DNA from: a virus
DNA: 50,347 nt
IMG/VR virus record: IMGVR_UViG_3300027660_000001
Reading direction: 5' to 3' (one strand)
Under the pieces are notes generated by a model. It saw only the letters and a program-made list of their open reading frames with translations, searched no databases and had not been told where the DNA came from. Positions 33,419-41,358 of this stretch are shown in pieces (the stretch's first letter is position 1; every line of letters starts with the position of its first letter). The translations under genes were made by a program, and so were the position numbers.

Positions 33419-33928
33419 CTAAACGTTAAAGAAGTTATGTTTGTGCTGGTTAACTACAGCAGGTACAACCCGCAAGTTATTCTGCACATGCAATCCTGAC
33501 ACTAAATCGCCCTGTAAAGGTATAACATGGTCTACCTCGTGCGGTACGCCTGTTTCTTTAGAGCGTCTTCGGGCTGCTTCATAAAACTCTTTTATTGCCT
33601 CTTTATCTGCCCAGACTGGAGTTCGCTTAAGGCTTTCTGCCTTACGTGCAGCTACAGCAGCTGCAATCTTTTCTGGATTAGCTTTCTGATAGTTTCTAGA
33701 ATAAAGAACAGCAGCTCGCGGATGCCTTTCCATCCACCGACGAGCGTTATTACACTCTATATCGCACGACTTGCAGCGAGCTGAAAGCTTACCTCTACAA
33801 CCTGGACTTCTCTTATAAAAACAAGACTCAGGCTTTACGTCTTTACATCTGCTGCAACGCCGTACAGGCTCTGGATTATCTTTAAGATATCCATTAACCT
33901 GCTCGAAAAGAGATTCTAGGTCGTCCAT
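33419..33928 (-). CDS. HNH homing endonuclease
   Basis: Cys-rich N-terminus (CSRCKDV...CKSCDIEC) and the HNH core HEVDHVIPLQGDLVSGLHVQNNLRVVPAVVNQHK. AT-rich relative to the flanking capsid genes. Confidence 0.85.
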   Translation of the reverse strand: MDDLESLFEQVNGYLKDNPEPVRRCSRCKDVKPESCFYKRSPGCRGKLSARCKSCDIECNNARRWMERHPRAAVLYSRNYQKANPEKIAAAVAARKAESLKRTPVWADKEAIKEFYEAARRRSKETGVPHEVDHVIPLQGDLVSGLHVQNNLRVVPAVVNQHKHNFFNV

Positions 33929-33931
33929 AAG

Positions 33932-34468
33932 TCAAGCCTTCTGCCGCCGACGTTGGAACAGTGCGGGGCGCACCCGAGTCCGTTCCTGGTCCACGTAGCG
34001 GGTTTCACGAATGTCATCGGAAACCTCGCCTTTGTCTAATATCTTTTCACCTCTGAAAATCGATCCCATGATGCCTGCGTTGCGGGTGTCGATAGCGGCA
34101 CGGTCTTCGAGCCACAGGTCTTCAGCGAGCTTCATTAAGATGAGACGCTCGGGCCGCCCATCGGCTCCGATGCCGGCGGCGATAGAGACCCGCGAGCCGA
34201 GGTCAGTGTTGCCACTCATCTCGGTGTCGGTGCCTACGCCTCTTTGATTGACAGGAACCTCATCGTAATCGACGAACTCGTAACAGGCTTGAAGCGCTCG
34301 AGGGATGTTGGATTCCTTAATCCAATGCAAGTGATAGCCGGAGATCTCGGGGACTTCGAGCTTGCGCATCGGAACGCTCATCGGAATGCGATTCTTACGG
34401 TTCCGCTTGGGTTCAACCGTTGCGTTGGCTGGGTTGTTCGGTTCCAGAATATCACTTGCATTGGACAT
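33932..34468 (-). CDS. hypothetical head-module protein (178 aa)
   Basis: Track ORF between the scaffold and HNH genes. Confidence 0.5.
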   Translation of the reverse strand: MSNASDILEPNNPANATVEPKRNRKNRIPMSVPMRKLEVPEISGYHLHWIKESNIPRALQACYEFVDYDEVPVNQRGVGTDTEMSGNTDLGSRVSIAAGIGADGRPERLILMKLAEDLWLEDRAAIDTRNAGIMGSIFRGEKILDKGEVSDDIRETRYVDQERTRVRPALFQRRRQKA

Positions 34469-34471
34469 AAG

Positions 34472-35293
34472 TCACCACTCGTAGGTTTCGGTATAGGCTT
34501 TTTGCCAGTCAGCCAGGGTCTTGTAGGCTCTTCCGGGGCCTACGAGCCGGGTGGCCGACTTCTTGCATGCAGCTTGGGCTTCGGGCGGAAGGTCAGCGAA
34601 GGATCGGCCGCCGCCTTGGTCGCGGGAGGTCGTTCCGCCTCCATCCACCTTTGAAGGGCTTTCTCGCCTTGAGGCGTTAGGGTCGAACACTTTGGTAATC
34701 TCCCGGTCAACATGATCGAAGAACTCCTTGGTACCGAGGAGCTTGCCCTCAGCTTTCCATTCATTGGCCAGTCCCATTGCGAGGCCGGTTTTGCGCTGGT
34801 CAGTGCCGAACCACTTGTTTTCGGCCATCCAATCGCGGGCAGCGGGAGTGAGTTCGACGGCCGTCGAAGGCGGCTCGCTCTTCGGAACAGGCTTGTCGGC
34901 CTCCTTAATCGCCGCCGTGACCTCGCCCAGTTTGTCCGTCAGCTCTACCTCCGCATCCACATCGCCGTCCTGGCGTGCCTTGACGATCGCAGAGGTAATC
35001 TCACGCTTTTGCTCTACCGCCCGTTCTTTGTTCAGGGTCGAACGGAACTTCTTTAACTCGTCGATCGACTCTTGGGCGGCGGAGAGGAGTTGCTTGGTTT
35101 TGACCAGTTCGCTCTCGACTGAGTTGACTTGGTCAGCGAGCTTCCGATTATTCGCTTTGAGAATCGGAAGGAACTCTTCCCCGCGTTTGAGGTAGGTTTC
35201 AGCATCTACCCATCTCTCTTTCGGCCCGTCGAATTTCTCCAGGGGTAACCAACCCATCGTGCGAGCACGAGTTTCAGCTTCATTAGTACTCAT
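34472..35293 (-). CDS. putative scaffolding protein
   Basis: 273 aa, charged coiled-coil sequence, at the gp9-equivalent position between the portal and capsid genes. Confidence 0.5.
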   Translation of the reverse strand: MSTNEAETRARTMGWLPLEKFDGPKERWVDAETYLKRGEEFLPILKANNRKLADQVNSVESELVKTKQLLSAAQESIDELKKFRSTLNKERAVEQKREITSAIVKARQDGDVDAEVELTDKLGEVTAAIKEADKPVPKSEPPSTAVELTPAARDWMAENKWFGTDQRKTGLAMGLANEWKAEGKLLGTKEFFDHVDREITKVFDPNASRRESPSKVDGGGTTSRDQGGGRSFADLPPEAQAACKKSATRLVGPGRAYKTLADWQKAYTETYEW

Positions 35294-35652
35294 CCGAATA
35301 TCCTCTCTTTTTCCTTCGCCGCCTTCGCGGCCTCAAAGGCTTCGATGTCGATCCGGCAAAAGATGTCTCGACAGTTCACCATCCGATACATCTTTCCGTC
35401 GGCTCCGGTAGCCACGAACCCCGAGTGCTTCTGGATCAGGACCACGTCCCCAGGTTGGGCACGGGGCTCTTTCTCGTCCTCCCAGGCGGCTTTGCCGACC
35501 TCGACTACTACGACTCGATTCTCGAGAACGCTGAGGCTCTCACGAACCGAATCTGGAATGACCAGCGTGTCGCTCCAGATCTTGACTTCGGGCTCGTAAG
35601 GTTCGGTTAGAACTGCTACGCCTTGGGGATGCAATCCGCTTTTGTTAATCAT
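35290..35652 (-). CDS. GroES/Cpn10-like co-chaperonin
   Basis: 120 aa. LHPQGVAVLTEPYEPE...LVIPDSVRESLSVLENRVVVVEVGKAAW...AQPGDVVLIQKHSGFVATGADGKMYRMVNCRDIFCRI follows the GroES pattern L.P.GDRVLV...GGIVLPDSA...G.VVAVG...V.VGD.V.....G.E...DG.EY......DIL. Confidence 0.6.
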   Translation of the reverse strand: MINKSGLHPQGVAVLTEPYEPEVKIWSDTLVIPDSVRESLSVLENRVVVVEVGKAAWEDEKEPRAQPGDVVLIQKHSGFVATGADGKMYRMVNCRDIFCRIDIEAFEAAKAAKEKERIFG

Positions 35653-35896
35653 CTTTCAATGCCTCCGTAAACTGATCAAAGTCCATATCTAATAACCTCT
35701 CATACGCTTTATACTCGCCTAGGGCGGCGGAGTTCCTAATGTGCATCTCGTCTTTGGATTCACCCTGGAACCATCCCGCCGCCCATTGCTGCTGCAGCCC
35801 CATTTGCGCCTTGCGCAGGAGCAGCCGGAATTGCTGCGTTACCCTGTGCTCCATCCATCCCTGGAACTCCTCCAGGCTTACTTCCTCCTCCTTCAT
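35645..35896 (-). CDS. helical hypothetical protein (83 aa) overlapping the portal 3' end
   Basis: Strong SD aaggagg 5 nt upstream of ATG 35896. Out-of-frame overlap of 137 nt with the portal ORF. Confidence 0.55.
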   Translation of the reverse strand: MKEEEVSLEEFQGWMEHRVTQQFRLLLRKAQMGLQQQWAAGWFQGESKDEMHIRNSAALGEYKAYERLLDMDFDQFTEALKDD

Positions 35897-37898
35897 CTTT
35901 GCCTCCTTGGGCGGCTTCGATCTGTTGGCTTAGCATCTCACTATGAGCTTTAAAGGCATCTACCATTGCTGAGAAGGCTTCTACTTTTGCTTTCACCTTC
36001 TCGGTCTGGGTCTCTGCGAGCAATTTACCGACTTCAGCATAGATCTTAACTATTTCGGCTTGAGTCTTATTCTTTGCCGACATCAATTCCATCAGATACA
36101 TTTGTTTGTCGTGTTCCAGCTTCATTTGAATGCCTTGAAGTTTCAGCTGTTCCAGAGCAGCCTTCGGATTCGGGAGGGGAGGAACCTTGTCCGGGCCGGG
36201 GTAGAAATGGTCTACCGCATCGACCTTCAAAGCCTTGAGCCAGTTCTGTTCGACCTTTTGGATGTCGTAACCAGGAACCATGTGGGCGCCTTCGCGCATC
36301 ATGGCGGCCTGGGTGACACGCTGGGCATCAGAGACGATATTGGGGTCGGCGGCGGGGACTACAAGATCCGGGTTTGACCGGTAGTCTTCCTGCCGGATCA
36401 CCGAGTCCCCAGAGCCAAAGCGTAGGCTCTGAGGTTGGAAGAGAGCGTTGAGTTGGTGCTTTTTCTTAAACTCTTCCTTCATCGAGCGCCAGACCCTTTT
36501 GTAAATCCCCTTGTAAACCCTCTGCCCCGCCTCGGCGGTATTCCTCGAAGTCTCGGCCGGGGTGTTCTGTCCGGGGTTGATTCCTACCTGGGACTCAGTA
36601 GTACCTGCAAGACGGTCGGTGTACTCGATCAGCAGTCCTAAGAGTTTGAACATCGTCTCGTCGGGGGTACGCACTGGGAATTGGACCATGGACTTGCGCA
36701 GATCATCGCCGGAAGAATCCACGCGCTTCCATTCCCAGGGAGCCATGGTGTAGACTCCGCCCCGAATCTTCACTCCCCGGCCGAGGAAGCCTCCGTTGGA
36801 GTTGGCCATAGTACCGGCATCGAGGAGCTGGTTGATCCCGGTGTTGACTGATTCGTTGAGTGGGCCAAGAAGAATACCGAAGCCCACGTCGTATATGCCG
36901 CCATCAGGGGCAGGAATGAATCCGTACTTAGTAAAATACTCGGTGGCCTTGATCCGGCGGATCTTGGACTTGGTTCCAGGAAAATCTGTACGATCGACAT
37001 CTTCATCACGCTCCCAGCGGGCGGCGATTTTAAGCACCGTTTTGGTCTGTTCCTCGATCGAGACGATGTAGGGTTCGGAGTAACCGTCTTGGTCGAGGTC
37101 GAGGAGACAATGCTGTTCGTAAACCCTGAAAGGAGAATCCTCGTCAGGCTGCGAAGGGATCATGCCCTGGCGGTTTTGTTGCTGCGTGTTCGAGTCGTCG
37201 GGAGGGGGAGCAGGGACTGAGTTGAACCACTCGGAGTCCAAGACGTTACAGAAGGTTTTAGCCACTACCCGCTCGTAGATGTCGTTACGGGACATCTCAA
37301 GGATCTGGGTCTTGCGCGCGGCCGCCTCGACGCTCTTGGCTTTGTAGCTCAGAACAAAGTCTCTGGCCATGACGAGTTCGCTGACGGAACACTTTAGCCC
37401 GGAGTTCCAGTAGGTTTTGATAAAGTTGCACCCAACGATTCCGAGGTTGATTAGAAGGCGGTCGTGCTGCTCTTCCCAGCCGATGTCTTCCTCGAGAACC
37501 TGCCAAGACATGTGCTTAGAGATGCGGTCGGCCTGGTCTTGAAGGCGCTTGTCAGGATCAGGGGCAGTTACCCGGTACTTGACGATGTCGGTGCCTTGGA
37601 TGATGTTTTCGTAGCTGCGGGAGGAGAATTGGAGAGCCGCGATGGTGACCAAGGGAAAGACCACGTTGGCACAGCCAGCCCACGGGAAGTTCTTGTCCTT
37701 TTGGATTTGCATAGCAAGATCCATCGCGGCTTCCATCCGGCGTTCCCACTTGGAGCGGGATTGCTTATCGCGTTGGAAGCCAGTCCAAACTCGGTTGCCC
37801 AGGGCAGTAAGGTCTTCTTCGCTAAATCGATCGCATAGGTTTGGTGCCGAGGCTACGTCAGAGTTGAGAGAGAGCTTCTTGGAGAATTTGTAGATCAC
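35760..37898 (-). CDS. portal protein
   Basis: 712 aa, immediately downstream of TerL (stop 37900, GTG start 37898). Gly/Ala-rich C-terminal tail. Confidence 0.75.
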   Translation of the reverse strand: MIYKFSKKLSLNSDVASAPNLCDRFSEEDLTALGNRVWTGFQRDKQSRSKWERRMEAAMDLAMQIQKDKNFPWAGCANVVFPLVTIAALQFSSRSYENIIQGTDIVKYRVTAPDPDKRLQDQADRISKHMSWQVLEEDIGWEEQHDRLLINLGIVGCNFIKTYWNSGLKCSVSELVMARDFVLSYKAKSVEAAARKTQILEMSRNDIYERVVAKTFCNVLDSEWFNSVPAPPPDDSNTQQQNRQGMIPSQPDEDSPFRVYEQHCLLDLDQDGYSEPYIVSIEEQTKTVLKIAARWERDEDVDRTDFPGTKSKIRRIKATEYFTKYGFIPAPDGGIYDVGFGILLGPLNESVNTGINQLLDAGTMANSNGGFLGRGVKIRGGVYTMAPWEWKRVDSSGDDLRKSMVQFPVRTPDETMFKLLGLLIEYTDRLAGTTESQVGINPGQNTPAETSRNTAEAGQRVYKGIYKRVWRSMKEEFKKKHQLNALFQPQSLRFGSGDSVIRQEDYRSNPDLVVPAADPNIVSDAQRVTQAAMMREGAHMVPGYDIQKVEQNWLKALKVDAVDHFYPGPDKVPPLPNPKAALEQLKLQGIQMKLEHDKQMYLMELMSAKNKTQAEIVKIYAEVGKLLAETQTEKVKAKVEAFSAMVDAFKAHSEMLSQQIEAAQGGKDEGGGSKPGGVPGMDGAQGNAAIPAAPAQGANGAAAAMGGGMVPG

Positions 37899-37899
37899 T

Positions 37900-39354
37900 T
37901 CAGTAACCCGTCACTCTATTCCGCTCGTTAGCCGACTTAAGAAACTGCGACATGGCGGCGAACTCTTCCTCGGATTCAGTCATAGCATCATCGTCCTCCA
38001 GAATCACCCCGTCGAACCCGCGGGCCAGGGTGACCGACGCATCGAACTGATCGTCGAGAACAGCCTCTTGGGTGGCGGAGAAGTCGAGGCATTCTTCCTC
38101 GTATTCGACGTACCACGAAGTCTCTTTATCAAACCGGCAGCCTCCAGCTTTCATCCGCTTGCGCCAGGTCTGGCCCCGAGTGGCCTTGTCTTTGACTGGA
38201 AGCGTAGGGATGAAATCGATGAAGATGTCTCGCAGCCTCATTTCATCGCGGATGATAGGCCAGACTGCCTTCCAGATCACCCCGTCTTCGACGTAGAAAT
38301 GGTCAGGGTGCCAGCGAGCGTTGATCGAGAAAATCTCTTCAACCCATTCCTTAGAATCCCAACGGCCGACCCGAACGTCCAGGAAATCGATGAAGTTCGA
38401 AATGGTCTTGCCGCCGACCACGAAGGCGGTTCGATTGGCCTGATCGTTCTTCGAAACCGCGAAGTCACAGCCAACGCAGACCTTGTGGAACTCTTCCTTG
38501 TCTTCAGGCTTAAGGGGCAAGAACTGTTCGACCAGCAGATAGTTGCCCTCATCGTCCCTGGGATCGTTGAGCAGCTCTTGGCTGTAGCCAGCAGAGTCGC
38601 CCTCGTTAATCATTTCCTGGCGTTTGTCGCGAAGATCCTGTTCAGAGAAACGCTCGGACCAGAGGATTTGGGAAAAGTCGCTGAAGGATTTGTGGGCTTT
38701 GTAGACCCTTGAGATCCAGGTGTTGTTGTGGCACAGATGGTTGAGGAGAGAATCTTTGTGCAGAATGGTTCCGTGGACTCTGATTCTGCCGCCGACTCTC
38801 AAGGCTTGGCGGGCGGCACGAAAGAACCATTTGCGGAACTTCTTTCTGCGCTCCTTGCTTTCGACCTGCTCGTCGTCTTCGAGGTCATCGCCGATGATAA
38901 GGTCTGGACGGCGGCCTCTCCATTTGCGGCCTCGAATCTTTTGCTCGGCGCCACGAGCCAGGATGCGGAATTGATGGCCATCGGTGCACTCGACTATGAT
39001 GTCTGTTTTCTGATCCTGAATGAAATCCTTGATGTGAAACTCGCGGCGCAGATCATCGTTATCGCGAAGCTCGTTAGCGATGTCGCCCAGATGTTCGATG
39101 GCCATCTCTTCACTGGAGCCGAGGACGATGACGTACATGGAATTGCGGAAGCAGACTTCGGCCAGGGTGTAATCGTGGGTGAAGGCAGTGGACTTGGCAT
39201 GGCCGCGAGGGGCGGCGAGGGCGACGGCTGGGTCGTCGCTGCAGTAGACTTTCCAGCCCTCACGGTGGAATTGTGGCGTGGGGCTGGGAGTATCGTAGAG
39301 CGGGGAGAGATAAGCTCCGGCGAAGGCTTCGACGATTTCAGCAGTAAGTTTCAT
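37900..39354 (-). CDS. terL: terminase large subunit
   Basis: 484 aa. Walker A-like AAPRGHAKST, Walker B DLIIGDDLED, coupling VHGTIL, and a nuclease-domain acidic motif VCVGCDFAVS. Confidence 0.85.
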   Translation of the reverse strand: MKLTAEIVEAFAGAYLSPLYDTPSPTPQFHREGWKVYCSDDPAVALAAPRGHAKSTAFTHDYTLAEVCFRNSMYVIVLGSSEEMAIEHLGDIANELRDNDDLRREFHIKDFIQDQKTDIIVECTDGHQFRILARGAEQKIRGRKWRGRRPDLIIGDDLEDDEQVESKERRKKFRKWFFRAARQALRVGGRIRVHGTILHKDSLLNHLCHNNTWISRVYKAHKSFSDFSQILWSERFSEQDLRDKRQEMINEGDSAGYSQELLNDPRDDEGNYLLVEQFLPLKPEDKEEFHKVCVGCDFAVSKNDQANRTAFVVGGKTISNFIDFLDVRVGRWDSKEWVEEIFSINARWHPDHFYVEDGVIWKAVWPIIRDEMRLRDIFIDFIPTLPVKDKATRGQTWRKRMKAGGCRFDKETSWYVEYEEECLDFSATQEAVLDDQFDASVTLARGFDGVILEDDDAMTESEEEFAAMSQFLKSANERNRVTGY

Positions 39355-39779
39355 GGAAGATCTGGGACAACAGCGAGGTAGGCGGAGATCAAGATAACCT
39401 GGCCAAGGGAGGTCGTTGCTCGGGCCAGGAGTTCGTAGATGGTGCCCAGGACGCCACCGGTCACGAGCTGGTTGACAACGGTTCCCGAGATCGTAGCGGT
39501 GCCGCCGATCACCGAGGCAGGGTTCGAGTCTGTCCCGGTGTAGACGATGCAGGTGCAGGTTCCGGCCAGAATCGTTTCGCCCAGAGAGAGTTTGGAAACG
39601 AAATCGAAGGGCATGATAACCGTTTCACCAAGTTTCTTGGCAGGGAGAATCACGCGGCCTCCGTAGATGGCAGGGCCGCCGCTCGGGATAACAGGCGAAA
39701 CTCCGCCGCCCGGCCCGCTTCCATCGAAGAGGTAGGCTGGGTTATCGAAGGTAACGAATGTATCACTAAAGTCCCACAT
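39351..39779 (-). CDS. hypothetical virion protein (142 aa)
   Basis: ATGA overlap with terL. Beta-rich sequence. Confidence 0.5.
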   Translation of the reverse strand: MWDFSDTFVTFDNPAYLFDGSGPGGGVSPVIPSGGPAIYGGRVILPAKKLGETVIMPFDFVSKLSLGETILAGTCTCIVYTGTDSNPASVIGGTATISGTVVNQLVTGGVLGTIYELLARATTSLGQVILISAYLAVVPDLP

Positions 39780-39780
39780 G

Positions 39781-41358
39781 TTAAGCGTGCGGTATGGTCC
39801 AGCCGGTGTACACGGTGCCCCAGTCAGTGGTAGGGGCTACGGGCGGCACGCCGGTCGGGTACCAGAGGAGTTGGAAATTTGCCTGTGGTGCTGTGATCGG
39901 GTTTGCTGACCAGCCGAGGACGTGGACTGAGCCGGGTTTGGTGGTGTTAAGAGTATCGATTTGGGCGAGAACATCGCTGCAAAAGGGTTCGGTGCCGGAG
40001 CCCTGGGTCTGGCCGCCGCACTCGCCGATGATAAGGGGGTAGCCGGCGGCAACAATCGCTGGAACAAGGCTGAGCCACTGGCGATAGCCGTTAGTTGCGG
40101 GAGTGTTGTCGCCTGAGTACCAGCGATAATAGTTCGGATCACTAAAGGGCTGGTTCGGATAGGCATGGAGGCCAGCGCAGATCTGGGAGTCGCTGATGTT
40201 TGCCGCGACCGTTGAGAGCCAAGTGGCGCCAGTAGCGTCGCCAGTGATCCAGCTGGAATTGCCGAGTTCGCCTGCGTAGCCCACGCCGTTGAGCAGGACG
40301 ACGTTGGCGGCTCCGGCGCCGCGGACGGCGGCTAGGAGCTGAACCATTCCAGCACTAGACCAAGACGCGTTGATAGGGCCGATGTAGTACTGGCTTGGAG
40401 GAATCGGCGTCTGCGCGTTGTAGTCCATCGTCAGATGCGCGGCGCCATTCGCCCACTCGGCCCACTTGGGATAAGTCGGTTCGTTGACCAGGTCGATGAT
40501 GCCGTTGGGGTAGTTTTTGATAAGACCAGCGAGCTTAGTCCAGGCGGCGACGGCTTGGATGTCTGGCATCCAGGAAGCAGGGTTCTGGTAGCTGTTCCAG
40601 ATTGGGACCGTGGTACCGGCGACGGTGACCTGGGGACCCCATAGGTGCAGGTCGACGATGAAGTAACATCCAGCCGCCGTGACTGAGTCGAGGACTGATT
40701 TCAACTCCGCCATGTAGGTGCCATGGGGGTCGCAGTTGACGGTGGCGACGCCGGCGAGCGAGATGGGGAGCTGGTAAACCCCGCCGCTCAGAGTGAAATC
40801 GGTGCCTTTAAATTTGTAGCTGGTGAGGCCTAAGACCGAGTGCAGGTGTACGGGGATGCGAAAGCAGTTCCACTTGTAGGCCGCGGCCAGCGTCGCAAAG
40901 GGCGGGATGTTGTTGGTGGTCTGCCAGCCGCCATAGGTCCAGGCCGAAGGGCCGCCGTTGGTGTACGTGCCCTCCATGCCGAAGGTATCGGCGCCTCGGA
41001 GTTGGACGATCGACCCTGTCCCGTTGATCAGCGTGCCGCTCGACACCCGAATTGAGAGCGCGCCGCTGATGGTGTAGACGGCGCTTGAGACTGTGCTCTG
41101 CGCAAAGCTTGGGGCGGTGGCCAGGGCTTTGACGGTTTGGCTGGTGTTTAACAGAAGCGGTGCGGTGTAGATAGCGCTTGCGGTGGTAGGAGTCGCCCCG
41201 TTAGTGGTGTAGTAGATTGTAGAGCCAGGGGTAGAACAGGAAATCGTCACGCTCTGGGTACCGGTGTAGGTGCCAGCAGGCGGCGAGGTAACCGGGGTGG
41301 AACATTGAGCAGCCCCGCTGATCCTGATACTGTTGCTGGGGAAGAGAAGCGGGGTCAT
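39781..41358 (-). CDS. tail-associated glycoside hydrolase family 5 enzyme with N-terminal CHB_HEX_C-type domain
   Basis: 525 aa. The N-terminal GTYTGTQSVTISCSTPGSTIYYTTNGATPTTASAIYTAPLLL..TVKALA is a chitobiase C-terminal-type domain. GH5 signature residues appear in order: FRIPV, VDLH, LVNEPT (acid/base), LHAY, IIGECGG (nucleophile), GWS. Confidence 0.75.
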   Translation of the reverse strand: MTPLLFPSNSIRISGAAQCSTPVTSPPAGTYTGTQSVTISCSTPGSTIYYTTNGATPTTASAIYTAPLLLNTSQTVKALATAPSFAQSTVSSAVYTISGALSIRVSSGTLINGTGSIVQLRGADTFGMEGTYTNGGPSAWTYGGWQTTNNIPPFATLAAAYKWNCFRIPVHLHSVLGLTSYKFKGTDFTLSGGVYQLPISLAGVATVNCDPHGTYMAELKSVLDSVTAAGCYFIVDLHLWGPQVTVAGTTVPIWNSYQNPASWMPDIQAVAAWTKLAGLIKNYPNGIIDLVNEPTYPKWAEWANGAAHLTMDYNAQTPIPPSQYYIGPINASWSSAGMVQLLAAVRGAGAANVVLLNGVGYAGELGNSSWITGDATGATWLSTVAANISDSQICAGLHAYPNQPFSDPNYYRWYSGDNTPATNGYRQWLSLVPAIVAAGYPLIIGECGGQTQGSGTEPFCSDVLAQIDTLNTTKPGSVHVLGWSANPITAPQANFQLLWYPTGVPPVAPTTDWGTVYTGWTIPHA

